Shown: positions 1-10,690, counted from the stretch's first letter. The stretch is 64,000 nucleotides of DNA from Candidatus Bathyarchaeota archaeon (GCA_963811105.1 CAWEPZ010000011.1:1344001-1408000), one strand, 5' to 3'. A program made the numbers and translations. Notes: generated by a model from the letters alone, not told the origin.

Positions 1-11
1 CAAAACTAAAT

Positions 12-605
12 GTGGAAGAACGAGCTAAATTTGAGGAGATTGTCTCAAGGTTCGTTGAACTCAAAGACACATCTGAATTGATGTTAGATTTAGCTTACTC
101 GTCTCTTCTATTAAAAAGCAAAGAACTAGCTGAAGAAGTGGAACGACTTGAAGAGCGCATGGACAAACTTCACACTGACTTTGAATTGCTCGCTTTAACT
201 AGTGACTTCAAAAAAGAAGAAGCTTCAGGTTTTCTAGGTCTAATTCGATTAGGTGTAGCAACAGAAAAAATTGCTGACGCTGCTGCCGATATGGCGGAGG
301 TTGTTCTAAGAGGAATAGAACCACACCCAGTTTTGAAGCTGACAATCAAAGAAGCTGAAGAAACAGTAACCCAAGCTTGTGTCACTAAAGAGTCCCCACT
401 CTTAAATAAAACATTAAAGGAAGCACGGATTCATGAAGAAACGGGTATGTGGGTTTTAGTGATTAAAAGAGCAGACAAATGTCTACGTCCTAAAGCAGAC
501 TCAAAAATTGAACTAGGTGATGTGCTAATTGCATCAGGGTACGCTGAGGGTGCTGATGACCTAAAGAAGCTTGCTTCGCCTGCGCAAGTATGCAGCATTG
601 ATTAG
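12..605 (+). CDS. PhoU-domain + TrkA-C (RCK_C) domain protein, putative potassium channel-associated regulator
   Basis: N-terminal PhoU-like helical hairpin (KDTSELMLDLAYSSLL...TEKIADAA) and C-terminal TrkA-C (SPLLNKTLKEARIHEETGMWVLVIKR...GDVLIASG). Confidence 0.8.
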   Translation: MEERAKFEEIVSRFVELKDTSELMLDLAYSSLLLKSKELAEEVERLEERMDKLHTDFELLALTSDFKKEEASGFLGLIRLGVATEKIADAAADMAEVVLRGIEPHPVLKLTIKEAEETVTQACVTKESPLLNKTLKEARIHEETGMWVLVIKRADKCLRPKADSKIELGDVLIASGYAEGADDLKKLASPAQVCSID

Positions 606-681
606 TGAACATCCTTATTTCAGATTCATTAACACTATAAACCAGTAGTTCTCATACTTAATAATAGCAATCGTTGGTTAG

Positions 682-1035
682 ATGAGAACGAGGGATAAGA
701 AGACGCACACCTGTCCAAATACCGCGTGTAAGAGAGATTTTGAAACACCCCTTAGAACCTTAAATCTACAGCAGGAGTCAGCGGAACCATATGACGCCTG
801 CCCGTTCTGTTTGACTGAAATAGCGATACCTCAACTGGAAAAGGACAACAAGCTGGAAAAGACAACTTCAGTTTCTTCTAAAGACAAGTCAAGCAAAAAT
901 AAAGAAAAAAGCTACGCTTGCCAATATCACATGGGCTATTTAAGTGAAAGAGAGCAAAAGCAACCAATTCCCGACGAATGCATCGTTTGCAAAGACATTG
1001 TTGAATGCATGCTCAAGAAAATTAGAGCGCAATAG
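682..1035 (+). CDS. Cys/His-rich putative zinc-binding hypothetical protein
   Basis: CPNTAC...CPFC and CQYH...CIVC...C clusters separated by a low-complexity Lys/Ser linker. Confidence 0.6.
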   Translation: MRTRDKKTHTCPNTACKRDFETPLRTLNLQQESAEPYDACPFCLTEIAIPQLEKDNKLEKTTSVSSKDKSSKNKEKSYACQYHMGYLSEREQKQPIPDECIVCKDIVECMLKKIRAQ

Positions 1036-1101
1036 AATTTGAAGTTCAGATGAATATAATTAAAAAAATTAAGAATTGAAAGATAGGATAAATTAAAGTT
1101 T

Positions 1102-1470
1102 TTATTTCTTTTTCTTAGCTTTTTCTTCGGTGGCAGAAGCTTCAGCAGTTTTAATTGGCGCTGGCTCTTCAACTTTGGGCTCTTCCTTTTTCTCTTCGAT
1201 TTCAGATGTGATTTCTTCGATCGGTTTTGGAGGCGGTGTTGTTGCCATTGTCCAGCCAATCCACGCGCCGATTGCTAGAATAGCAATAAATGCTATTGAA
1301 ACAAGAATTAATACTGCGTCAAGCCTGATGTTATTGCCAGTGTTGTCTGTGACAGTACCGACGAGTCCATAGACTTGGGCTGGGAAGATTATTAATAACG
1401 CGAATACCAAAGCTACGATAACACATACTGCGAGTATTGCTCCACCTATTGCTTGATCTTTGCTAACCAT
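1102..1470 (-). CDS. Conserved archaeal 2-TM membrane protein with charged C-terminal tail
   Basis: Two hydrophobic helices followed by WIGWTMATTPPPKPIEE, a motif typical of a conserved archaeal membrane family. Confidence 0.7.
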   Translation of the reverse strand: MVSKDQAIGGAILAVCVIVALVFALLIIFPAQVYGLVGTVTDNTGNNIRLDAVLILVSIAFIAILAIGAWIGWTMATTPPPKPIEEITSEIEEKKEEPKVEEPAPIKTAEASATEEKAKKKK

Positions 1471-1544
1471 TTAAGTCACCACTTTATAGCCATGTATAAT
1501 CTCAATCAATTTAAAGTTTGTCATGGTTTTAAGCTTGCTCTTGT

Positions 1545-2801
1545 TTATGTTGTTCCCATTTCCCAAGTCGACAGGTACTTTTTCTGTTCAGCAGTTAGTT
1601 CGTCAATGTTTATGCCCATTGCTTTCAGCTTCAGCTCAGCAACCTTTTCGTCTATCTCTTTAGGCACACAGTAAACTTTGGCTTGGAGCTTTGCGGATTT
1701 AGCTATGAACTCAGAGCTAAGGGCTTGGTTTGCAAAGGACATATCCATGACTTCCGAGGGGTGCCCTTCCGCGGCAGCTAAATTTACCAGCCTGCCCTCA
1801 GCAAGTAAGTATAGTTTTCTGCCATCCTTTAGTGAATATTCCTCCATGTTTGGACGAATCGTGCGTTTGCCTGTGGAAAGAGATTCTAAGTCAGGTATGC
1901 TGATTTCTACATTGAAATGACCGCTGTTGCAAATAATAGCACCATCCTTCATCTTCTCCATGTGTTCCTTGCGGATAACGTTAAGGTCGCCGGTCGCGGT
2001 TACAAAGATATCGCCAATATCCGCTGCTTCAGACATCGGCATAACGCGAAGACCATTCATGGCTGCTTCTAATGCCCGGGTAGGTTGGACTTCGGTGACT
2101 ATGACGTTTGCACCCATACCTTGTGCCCGCATTGCTATGCCTCTACTGCACCACCCATATCCTCCGACCACAAAGTTTTTGCCTGCAATCAAAACAGAAG
2201 TTGCCCGCAGGATACCATCCATGGTGCTTTGACCTGTTCCATAGCGATTATCGAAGAGGTATTTTGTGTAAGCATCGTTAACTGCTACAATAGGATACTT
2301 AAGGCTACCATCTTGTTCCATGGCTCTCAAGCGGATAACACCCGTAGTCGTTTCTTCGGTTCCACCTTTGAGGTCTTTTATCTGGTTTTGGCGTTTGCTA
2401 TGCAAAGTTCCGACTAAATCTGCACCATCATCGAGAGTTATACTTGGCTTAAAGTCAAGAACCTTGTCGATACATTGATAGTATTCTTCTGTGTTTTGAC
2501 CCCTCCAAGCGAAAACGTGCACTCCGCTTTCTGCTAATGCAGCAGCGACATCGTCTTGGGTAGAAAGAGGATTAGAACCACAGAGTGCGATGTCTGCGCC
2601 TCCAGCGATTAATACTTTTATTAGAACTGCCGTTTCCTTGGTTACGTGGAGACAAGCCGCCAAGGTTTGGCCTTTAAGCGGTTTTTCTTTCTCAAAGCGT
2701 TTTTTGATTATGTTGAGAACGGGCATGTGTTTAGCTGCCCATTCAATTTGTAAATGACCTTGCGTTGAAAGACTCTTATCTTTAACTTGGAATTCTTCCA
2801 T
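1545..2801 (-). CDS. ahcY: S-adenosyl-L-homocysteine hydrolase
   Basis: Motifs [48 protein letters not shown] and GHPSEVMD. Confidence 0.97.
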   Translation of the reverse strand: MEEFQVKDKSLSTQGHLQIEWAAKHMPVLNIIKKRFEKEKPLKGQTLAACLHVTKETAVLIKVLIAGGADIALCGSNPLSTQDDVAAALAESGVHVFAWRGQNTEEYYQCIDKVLDFKPSITLDDGADLVGTLHSKRQNQIKDLKGGTEETTTGVIRLRAMEQDGSLKYPIVAVNDAYTKYLFDNRYGTGQSTMDGILRATSVLIAGKNFVVGGYGWCSRGIAMRAQGMGANVIVTEVQPTRALEAAMNGLRVMPMSEAADIGDIFVTATGDLNVIRKEHMEKMKDGAIICNSGHFNVEISIPDLESLSTGKRTIRPNMEEYSLKDGRKLYLLAEGRLVNLAAAEGHPSEVMDMSFANQALSSEFIAKSAKLQAKVYCVPKEIDEKVAELKLKAMGINIDELTAEQKKYLSTWEMGTT

Positions 2802-2960
2802 GAATATTCCTTCTTTTTATGAAGAATGTGCAGTCTACCTATTTAGAATTTGCTTCATTCTTGAGGGGTAATTAATATCACCCCTCGCAAGCAAAATTTT
2901 GATTGTGGAAAAAGTTTTATTACACAACACCCAAAGCTAACTGCAAGAGAGAGTGATTGA

Positions 2961-3566
2961 ATGAAGGAACCTTTTGCCGAATATATTAGAGCCAACCTTG
3001 GATCAAAAACCTTGCTTATCACATGCGGATTACCTGGAACCTGGAAAACAGAAACTGCAGAACAAGTATCAAAAATCAAAGGATACCCAATTCTTCGAAG
3101 CGATCTAATCCGCTTAGAGGTTCTGAAAAACGAAGATGTTTTTGATCCCAAAGTCGCTGGAAACATGAGCAAACGCATGTCTGTTTATGATGAAGTTTTC
3201 CGCCGAGCAGATGATCTTGCAGACAAAAATGACACAGGGATTATTTTGGATGCTACTTTCGTAACTCAGGAATTGCGCAGGAGAGCGGCTGAAGTTGCGG
3301 CAAGACACAATATGACTTTTGTTATTATGCAAACAAGTTGCACACAGGAAGTGTCTGTTGGAAGGATTGAGAGACGAACCAAGGAGAAATATGAGTCAAA
3401 CGCTTTGACAATAGATGCTTATTTAGCTAATAAGAAAAAGTTTGAACCAGTCGACATCAACGATCTAAAAAGAAACAATAAAAAACTAAAGATTGTCCAT
3501 TTAACGGTCGACACTTGCCACGACAACGCTGAAGACTGGTACGTCATAGGAATGGAAAAAAGTTAA
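2961..3566 (+). CDS. P-loop kinase (AAA_33 / COG0645-like)
   Basis: Walker A-like GLPGTWKT, RSDLIR, ILDATF and lid R-x-x-x-R (GRIERR). Confidence 0.8.
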   Translation: MKEPFAEYIRANLGSKTLLITCGLPGTWKTETAEQVSKIKGYPILRSDLIRLEVLKNEDVFDPKVAGNMSKRMSVYDEVFRRADDLADKNDTGIILDATFVTQELRRRAAEVAARHNMTFVIMQTSCTQEVSVGRIERRTKEKYESNALTIDAYLANKKKFEPVDINDLKRNNKKLKIVHLTVDTCHDNAEDWYVIGMEKS

Positions 3567-3582
3567 CGGGACCCGCTCTATA

Positions 3583-4461
3583 ATGACAATCGACTTGCAC
3601 ATTCACTCAAGAGCTTCAGATGGAAAACTCACTATTCAAGAAATTTTCAAAGAAGCAAAAAAACGACAAATTGCCTTCATTTCAATAACAGATCATGACT
3701 CGATTAGTAATCAAATTCAAGCTATCGCAACAGCAAAACAAGAGTGCGTCCGATTCGTCACCGGCGTTGAATTAAACGTTACTTTTTCGTACCCAAAGTA
3801 CCGTGAAGGCAAAGCAATATCGCTGGATTTCTTAGGGTATCAATTCGACGCCAACAATAACACATTGAAAAAGAAACTTGAAACAATGGCAAAGTATCGA
3901 GAAGAAAGGGCAACAAAAATTCTCATTAACCTTAACATTGAATTTAAGAAAGAAAACATTCCAGCTTTAACAACTGACGACTTTAGATATATTGAAGATT
4001 CTGTAGATGGAGTGTTGGGCAGACCTCACATTGCAGATTATTTAGTCAAGAAGAAGATAGTTAAATCACGGCAGGAAGCATTTGACAAGTACCTTGTAAA
4101 GTGTGATGTGCCAAAATATCCACTGTTCTTAGAGGAAGCATCTAAGCTTATCAGAGAAGCTGGGGGAAAGCTGGTTTTGGCTCATCCAAACGACTCTCAT
4201 GGGACTTCGTTAATAACATTAACTAAATCGTTAATTGAGCAAACGAAAATCATCGAGGAAAAAATGTTACCTTACATCAACGGCGTTGAATGTTGGCACT
4301 CAAGAAACACGACTGAAACAACACAACACTATGTAGCATTTGCTAAAGAGCACGGATTAATGATGACAGGCGGAAGCGATTGTCACCAAAAACCAATTGT
4401 CATGGGGTCAGTTCAAATTCCTGATTGGGTGGCTGACCAATTTAGACAAGTTTGTTTATAG
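3583..4461 (+). CDS. PHP-domain metal-dependent phosphoesterase (TrpH/YciV-like)
   Basis: Motifs DLHIHSRASDG, ITDHD, GVE, GRPHIA, LAHP and GGSDCH. Confidence 0.9.
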   Translation: MTIDLHIHSRASDGKLTIQEIFKEAKKRQIAFISITDHDSISNQIQAIATAKQECVRFVTGVELNVTFSYPKYREGKAISLDFLGYQFDANNNTLKKKLETMAKYREERATKILINLNIEFKKENIPALTTDDFRYIEDSVDGVLGRPHIADYLVKKKIVKSRQEAFDKYLVKCDVPKYPLFLEEASKLIREAGGKLVLAHPNDSHGTSLITLTKSLIEQTKIIEEKMLPYINGVECWHSRNTTETTQHYVAFAKEHGLMMTGGSDCHQKPIVMGSVQIPDWVADQFRQVCL

Positions 4462-5463
4462 GTTCTTCGCGTAAGTCTCAGCTAGTTTGAAGTAAGCTTG
4501 TGACTCTTTGGCTGCATCATCCTTTTCTATGCTGTTTACATTGGGGTCGTCAAGTTTGAAGCTGATTACTTTGCCGCGTACATATGCGCGGTAGCACTTA
4601 TAAAATGCGAGAAGTGAGGTTAACTCCTTGTCTTTCGAGTATGCTTCGTATCTCTTGATAAAATACCTTGACAAGTCAGGTTTCTGTTGAAAATCCAAGT
4701 CCATAGCTAAAAAGGCGATGTCTGAGGCTACATCGGAATATCTAAAGCGGTCGTTGAATTCTATTGCGTCAAAAATACAAATTTTGTCTGTGAGAAAAAT
4801 GTTTCCTGAATGCATATCACCATGGCAGTCTCTAATTTTGTTGTTTTTTATTCGGTTTGAAAAAAGTACCTTTTTGTTTTCCATGAAGGCGACAACTTTG
4901 TCTTGAAGATATTGGAATTGTGCCTTTGAGATTGTTCGGCTAATATACTCTTGAGTTTGAGCGAAATTCTCTTCCCAATTAGTTTTGATGATTTTAACCG
5001 AACCAAACTCATTTATTTCAGGACTTGTGTGCGCTTTAGAGTGAAATTTTGAAATTATTTCTGCTAATTCATCAATAGTTTTACTATCCACTAGATTCTT
5101 TCTCAAAAGTGCAGTCATGATTTTTTCTTGGGGCAACCGTTTCATCTTTAAAGCATATTCAACTGTTTCGCCGCTGCCTTTTATCTGGATAGAATTGGAT
5201 TTGTTGATAGGTACAACTTCAAGGTACACATCTGAACAAAGTCTCCGGTTAAGCTCTAATTCTTTTTCGCAGAAGAATCGTCTCTTATCAAGAGTGGAAA
5301 AGTCAAGAAAGCCAAAGTTTACTGCCTTCTTCATCTTATAAACAAATTCTTTGGTTAGGAAAACAAATGATATGTGTGTTTGTATCAGCTCGACTTTTCC
5401 GGATTTTTCAGGGTATGCTTGTGAAGTAAGTAGAGCTTCAACCACTTGTTTTTGACTGTTCAT
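4456..5463 (-). CDS. Aminoglycoside phosphotransferase-like kinase (COG2187-type, stand-alone)
   Basis: Motifs IQTHISFVFL, YKMKKAVNFGFLDFSTL, ELNRRL, DCHGDMHSGNI, FDAIEFN and DIAFLAMDL. The likely start is the ATG at 5463, not 5511. Confidence 0.85.
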   Translation of the reverse strand: MNSQKQVVEALLTSQAYPEKSGKVELIQTHISFVFLTKEFVYKMKKAVNFGFLDFSTLDKRRFFCEKELELNRRLCSDVYLEVVPINKSNSIQIKGSGETVEYALKMKRLPQEKIMTALLRKNLVDSKTIDELAEIISKFHSKAHTSPEINEFGSVKIIKTNWEENFAQTQEYISRTISKAQFQYLQDKVVAFMENKKVLFSNRIKNNKIRDCHGDMHSGNIFLTDKICIFDAIEFNDRFRYSDVASDIAFLAMDLDFQQKPDLSRYFIKRYEAYSKDKELTSLLAFYKCYRAYVRGKVISFKLDDPNVNSIEKDDAAKESQAYFKLAETYAKNL

Positions 5464-5670
5464 TGGTGTACGCCTTCGTTCGAGATGTATACTCAAGTGA
5501 AGGTGGTCCAAATAAATGTAAGGTATCTTCCTGCAATATTATTGCAATACCTGATTAATTTCATGTTCAATAAGATAAAACTATTTTGAAGATAAACATG
5601 AACTCTGACTAGAAAGTAGACAAGAAGAAGTCTCTCATAAAAGAGCGCTAATGTAATCTCTCAGAAGAAA

Positions 5671-6309
5671 TTATCGAGTTGTATTCTTCAGTGTCTTGAA
5701 ATTTTTTACAAACTCTAAAACTTCATCGATTTGTCCCTTTGAAATATGTTTGTTCTGATATAGCGAATTAGCGAGGTCGCTAACTTTGGCTAAAGCATGC
5801 ACTTTGAACCCCAGTTTCTCAAGGTTTTCTTTTCCGCCTTGTTCTCGGTTTACAACAACTAGCAAGTGCCTAACATTGCCACCTAGCTCTTGCAAAGGTT
5901 TGATGCCTTCAATTTTTGATAACCCGTCGCTTATTACGTCATCGAAGAAGAGGATATTGTCACCTTTTGTGACTTCGGCGCCTGCGATTCGTCCTGTGAC
6001 ACCATAGGCTTTAGCCTCCTTTCTAACTACTATACATGGTAAATTAACCTTGCAGGCAATATTGGGCACTATCAAAGCGCCCTTTAGCTCAATAGAGGCC
6101 AGTTTATCTATCTTATTTGAAACCATTATCTGCTTAATAGCGTCAGCAGCCACTTCGGCAACAGTACATAGCGCGTTTGGTGTGGCAAGCAAACGGGCAA
6201 GATCAATATAGTATGGGCTGATTGCTCCAGACTTAATTTTGAAGCTTCCAAACTTCAGGCACCCTGAAGAGTAAAGAGCATTAGCCACCTTATCAGTAAC
6301 AGATGACAT
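5671..6309 (-). CDS. pyrE: Orotate phosphoribosyltransferase
   Basis: FGSFKIKSGAISPYYID, RKEAKAYG and PRPP motif FFDDVISDGLS. Confidence 0.88.
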   Translation of the reverse strand: MSSVTDKVANALYSSGCLKFGSFKIKSGAISPYYIDLARLLATPNALCTVAEVAADAIKQIMVSNKIDKLASIELKGALIVPNIACKVNLPCIVVRKEAKAYGVTGRIAGAEVTKGDNILFFDDVISDGLSKIEGIKPLQELGGNVRHLLVVVNREQGGKENLEKLGFKVHALAKVSDLANSLYQNKHISKGQIDEVLEFVKNFKTLKNTTR

Positions 6310-6375
6310 GTGAATTATCCCAAATGTGAATGCAAGCTACGAAATTTAACTCTTTACTACTGCAAAAAAAAGATC

Positions 6376-7347
6376 TTAAACAACCAAGTCTGCCATGTCT
6401 ACGCTGCGTTCATAAATCTGTCTGAGAAAAGATACAGCTGCCAAAAGCTGAGGCATCAAATCCACAGAAGATTCTTTCGCAACGCGTTCAATATTTGCGT
6501 AGATAAAATCCAATTTTTCTCTCAAATTACGCACATTCTCAGCTAACTCGATGTCTTTTGTTACAAATGATTTTAATGCTTGCTCGTGAGCTTCACAGCA
6601 GATATTTTGCAAATCAACCAACAACCTTTGAAGCTCACTCGACAACTTTACCCCTTTGAGCGCAATGGTTTTAGCAGCCACCTGAACACATGCATCGCCA
6701 ATTCCTTCAATTAAACTTGCTGCCAAACGGTAATCCAAACATTCTATCGGTGTAATCTCAAGCTTTTCGCTTAAACGTGGATTTTGAATTATTGTCCGCA
6801 AAATTCTTACTAACAAGAAATACAATCTGTTACTTTCATCATCTCGGGCAATTACGGTCTTTGCAAGCTGTAGATCTCCATTTATGAACGAGTTAGCGAC
6901 GTCACGAGACATCCCTGCAACAATAGCATGGTTGCGTCGCAAAATCTTCTCAGGCACAAAACCAGACGGCTCCAGCAAACACTGCAAAACCATAGATGAA
7001 GATGTCTCCTCAACAATTTCTAAACCAATAAGCGAACTTACAGTTGACTTAACTATATTTCTGACGTCGTAAGCTATTCGATCTTTTGCTTCAATACGAA
7101 TCGTGTCAAAACCGAGAAGATAACGACCAACAATTTCCCGACCCAAGTAGGGACCAACATTTAGAGAGGCAGTTTTTGGTTGCTGTTCAACATTATATTC
7201 AGAATCAACAATAAGCTTGCCATCAACAGCAACATCCAAATTCACCAAAGTACCTTTCTTTAACCCGTTTTGATTAGCCCAAGCCTTGGGTAAGCAAACA
7301 AAAAAAGTTCCCGTCGGTGTTTGTTGAACCTTGCGCAATTCACCCAT
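6376..7347 (-). CDS. phoU: Archaeal phosphate uptake regulator (AbrB N-terminal + PhoU domains)
   Basis: N-terminal RKVQQTPTGTFFVCLPKAWA (AbrB fold) followed by two PhoU repeats (RDDESNRLYFL, IEGIGDAC). Confidence 0.85.
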   Translation of the reverse strand: MGELRKVQQTPTGTFFVCLPKAWANQNGLKKGTLVNLDVAVDGKLIVDSEYNVEQQPKTASLNVGPYLGREIVGRYLLGFDTIRIEAKDRIAYDVRNIVKSTVSSLIGLEIVEETSSSMVLQCLLEPSGFVPEKILRRNHAIVAGMSRDVANSFINGDLQLAKTVIARDDESNRLYFLLVRILRTIIQNPRLSEKLEITPIECLDYRLAASLIEGIGDACVQVAAKTIALKGVKLSSELQRLLVDLQNICCEAHEQALKSFVTKDIELAENVRNLREKLDFIYANIERVAKESSVDLMPQLLAAVSFLRQIYERSVDMADLVV

Positions 7348-7562
7348 GAAAATACCCCAAGCAAGATATTACAAATCTAAACTATTTATCGATTATATAA
7401 ACTAAGTTGCTTTTGAATAATTAATAGTTAACATATAAAAAATAAGCTAAACCAGTAAACTCCAAAATTTATCCTGCAAACAAGAAACAGTAAATAACTC
7501 AAAAGCATAAGAACTTAAGGACAAAGTATACCTCCACCAATTGTTTAAGAGAATACTGCGAA

Positions 7563-9131
7563 ATGAACAGCCAAGAAAATCTTCAGAAAGCAATCGAAGC
7601 TACACTCGCAGCCGGATACCAACTAAACAGCGAAGCCTTTGAATTTTTAAGCCAAAACTCAGACACAACAAATCCACAGGACATTATGAATTTAGCACTT
7701 GAAAAGATACAGGACTTGGAGGAAAAACCATTTTTCATAGACAAAGTTTTCTTAGAACCCTTCATGCAACAGCTAACAGTAACTCAAATAAATGCACCAT
7801 TAGAGATGCAACAAAACACAGTAAAGCAACCAATACCTTCAGCTTTGAGGCAAACAAATGAAATTGAAAGCGTTTTTTATCCGTACGCAAGAGATATTAA
7901 AACAAATCTTAGCATTCTAGAAGATGCCACTGGCAAGCTTAGCTCCAACGGTACACTTGAAGAGTACTTAGAATATTTCCAAGACAGATTCAAACGAATA
8001 GAACATCTGCTTAGGCAAAGAATGGATGTTAAAGCTGCAACTTCCATCGTAGAAGCACTCAAATCACCTGCTAAAACAAAACTCAAAATTATTTGCATGG
8101 TGACAGAGAAAAGGGAATCAAAACACCAAATGATACTATCAATTGAAGACCTACAGGGAAGTGCAACTGTTCTGGTGCCTCAAAAAGCGCAAGAAGAAGT
8201 CAAGAAAAAAGCGCTCTTGCTTTTGCCGGATCAAGTAATTTGCTTGGCAGTTATAAAAACAAGAACCGCCCTTTTCCTAGTAGAAGATATTATTTTCCCA
8301 GAAATAGGTAGAAAAAGCCAACAAAGAGCCCAAGAACCTGTTTACGCAGTCTTAACATCAGACCTTCATATTGGCAGCAATAAATTTGAAAAGGAAGCAT
8401 TCAAACGCTTCATACTCTGGCTCAGGGGAAAATATGGAAACGATGAAATGAAGCAAATAGCAGGTAGAGTAAAGTACCTGCTAATCGCCGGTGACATCGT
8501 TGACGGAGTTGGAGTTTACCCCAACCAGGCAAAAGAACTGTCCATAAAAGACGTCCACAAACAATACGACTTTGCCTCAAAATATATGGGAAAAATTCCA
8601 GATTACATCGAAATAATAATTTCGCCGGGCAACCATGATGCCGCACGCAAGGCCCTGCCTCAACCGGCAATACCGGAAGGTTACTTGACTGGTATTCAAG
8701 ATAGAAAGAACATTCACTCGGTTGGAAGCCCTTGCCTATTGAGTTTGCATGGCGTAGAAGTTTTAATGTATCATGGACGAAGCTTAGATGATATAATCTC
8801 TGTTATACCGGGAATGGATCATGATCACCCAGAAAAAGCTATGAAGCTGCTCATGCAATGCCGTCACTTAGCGCCCGTTTACGGCGGGAAAACAATGTTA
8901 TCTCCCGAAAACCGCGATTACCTAGTTATAGATAGGGTCCCGGATATCTTCCATGCGGGTCACATTCATGTTTTAGGCTACCTCAATTATCGTGGAGTAC
9001 TAGTTGTAAACTCCGGCGGTTGGCAGAAACAAACGGATTACATGGAAAAACTAGGTTTAGTTCCTACACCAGGAAAAGTTCCAGTAGTAAATCTACAAAC
9101 ACTAGAGACTACTGTGCTTTCTTTTCTATAA
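7563..9131 (+). CDS. polB: DNA polymerase D small subunit DP1 (proofreading exonuclease)
   Basis: OB fold plus calcineurin-like motifs SDLHIGS, AGDIVDGVGVYP, PGNHD, YHGRSLDD, RHLAP and HAGHIH. Confidence 0.95.
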   Translation: MNSQENLQKAIEATLAAGYQLNSEAFEFLSQNSDTTNPQDIMNLALEKIQDLEEKPFFIDKVFLEPFMQQLTVTQINAPLEMQQNTVKQPIPSALRQTNEIESVFYPYARDIKTNLSILEDATGKLSSNGTLEEYLEYFQDRFKRIEHLLRQRMDVKAATSIVEALKSPAKTKLKIICMVTEKRESKHQMILSIEDLQGSATVLVPQKAQEEVKKKALLLLPDQVICLAVIKTRTALFLVEDIIFPEIGRKSQQRAQEPVYAVLTSDLHIGSNKFEKEAFKRFILWLRGKYGNDEMKQIAGRVKYLLIAGDIVDGVGVYPNQAKELSIKDVHKQYDFASKYMGKIPDYIEIIISPGNHDAARKALPQPAIPEGYLTGIQDRKNIHSVGSPCLLSLHGVEVLMYHGRSLDDIISVIPGMDHDHPEKAMKLLMQCRHLAPVYGGKTMLSPENRDYLVIDRVPDIFHAGHIHVLGYLNYRGVLVVNSGGWQKQTDYMEKLGLVPTPGKVPVVNLQTLETTVLSFL

Positions 9132-9158
9132 GGCGTGTTTGCATGTTTGAGACGCCAA

Positions 9159-10400
9159 TCAGTTAGTATCAGTCGATTTTTTGTGGACAGCTTGCTTAGA
9201 ATAGTCAACCAAGCGGCTGAAACGATTGTCATCGGCAAACACATCTTTGATGAGGTTTCGTGAAATTTCTAACCTGATTTTCTTAGTTCTGCCATACCTG
9301 CCCATGCTTACTACCCTAGCGTTAACAAGACCCATCGAATCAAGCTCGTTAATCAGGGTGCCTAAACGGCGTTGTGTTAGAAGCCCAGAACCCATTTCTC
9401 CACAAAGTTCATTGTAGACATCGTATATTTCGCCTGTAGTTGAACTTGGCTTGTTTATGTGATAAACGCTGAGTAGTACTAATTTTGAGTGTAGAGTTAA
9501 GTTTTTGAGAGCGTCCACCACTCGGTTGTGCTCAATGTGTTTTTCTGCTTGACGCACATGCTCTTCTGTAATCACCTTAGCGCCTTGTCGTTCAGCGACT
9601 TCCCCGGCAACACGCAACAAATCCAAAGCTCTCCTAGCGTCGCCATGCTCCGCAGCGGCCAAAGCCGAGCAAATACTTAGAGCAGAATCAGACAGAGCGC
9701 CATCTTGGAAAGATAGTTTTGATCTTTCGAGGAGAATGTTTCGCAGTTCAGGTGCATCATATGGTCTAAAAACTAGTTCTTCCTCGCTAAGTGAACTGAA
9801 TACTCTAGGATCCAAAAACTCCTTTAATCGCAGGTCGTTTGATATGCCGATTATCGAAACTTTGCTTTTGCTTAGAGTTTCATTAATTCTAGTCAATTCA
9901 TACATGAAAGCGTCCCCTTTGTCTTTTATTAAGGCGTCAATTTCGTCGAGAACTATTATGAAGATTATTCTGGAAGCATCTAAACTAGTTCGGAACCTAT
10001 CAAAAACTTCACCCACTGATAAACCTGTGAAGGGAATAGCCATGCCTAGGTTTTGACTTAAACTCGCGAAAACACGATATTCAGACCCCGTCATCCGGCA
10101 GTTTATGTAACAAAATCTTACTTGCGCGCCATATTCTTTGGCTTTAGACTCTAGATGGCTTAAAACGTATTTTGTTACAGCTGTTTTTCCAGTTCCAGTT
10201 TTTCCGTAAATAAAAATGTTAGAGCATCGTGCATCTTTGAGAACTGGAGCAACAGTCTGTCCTAACAATTTTATTTGGTCTTCTCTATGGGGTAATCTTT
10301 CTGGAAGGTAATCATGCCTTAAGACTTCTCTATCTTTAAACAGCTTAATTCCGTTAACGAAACTTTCGAATACGTCATCTAGTGCATTTGGATTTCCCAT
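9159..10400 (-). CDS. cdc6: Orc1/Cdc6 replication initiator
   Basis: LPHRE, Walker A GKTGTGKT, Walker B VLDEID, GDARRALDLLR and C-terminal wHTH (GRYGRT). Confidence 0.96.
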   Translation of the reverse strand: MGNPNALDDVFESFVNGIKLFKDREVLRHDYLPERLPHREDQIKLLGQTVAPVLKDARCSNIFIYGKTGTGKTAVTKYVLSHLESKAKEYGAQVRFCYINCRMTGSEYRVFASLSQNLGMAIPFTGLSVGEVFDRFRTSLDASRIIFIIVLDEIDALIKDKGDAFMYELTRINETLSKSKVSIIGISNDLRLKEFLDPRVFSSLSEEELVFRPYDAPELRNILLERSKLSFQDGALSDSALSICSALAAAEHGDARRALDLLRVAGEVAERQGAKVITEEHVRQAEKHIEHNRVVDALKNLTLHSKLVLLSVYHINKPSSTTGEIYDVYNELCGEMGSGLLTQRRLGTLINELDSMGLVNARVVSMGRYGRTKKIRLEISRNLIKDVFADDNRFSRLVDYSKQAVHKKSTDTN

Positions 10401-10428
10401 ATATTCATCCCCATATTCCCAGAGGTAG

Positions 10429-10449
10429 CACCGTTATTTCGTGTGGAAC
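10429..10449 (-). promoter_or_regulatory. ORB-like element (degenerate), possible cdc6 autoregulatory site
   Basis: Minus strand reads GTTCCACACGAAATAACGGTG, 29 bp upstream of the cdc6 start. Confidence 0.6.
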
Positions 10450-10548
10450 AGATAAAGCATACAGTACAAAAAACTGGTTCTATAGCACAATAATTCTAAA
10501 AAACCATGGAAAGAGAAGATAATAAGTAAGCTAACTAAGAGCAAGACA

Positions 10549-10570
10549 CACCCCAAAGTTTCTACTGGAG
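10549..10570 (-). promoter_or_regulatory. ORB element
   Basis: Minus strand reads CTCCAGTAGAAACTTTGGGGTG, matching the ORB consensus TTCCAGTGGAAAC-N-GGGG. Confidence 0.85.
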
Positions 10571-10599
10571 AAAAATTGAGGATTACCGCAAAAACCACT

Positions 10600-10690
10600 T
10601 ATTACAATTAACCTAAATATACTCTAAGTACTTAATAATAATTTTATATATTAATAATTATTATTCAAAAATTTAGATAAAAAAACTGCA
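10600..10690. other. AT-rich DNA unwinding element
   Basis: Includes TTAATAATAATTTTATATATTAATAATTATTATT and lies between inverted ORBs. Confidence 0.75.

Noticed and set aside
9078-9092. ORB-like GTTCCAGTAGTAAAT
   Set aside because: Inside DP1 coding sequence (VPVVN) and lacks the G-string.
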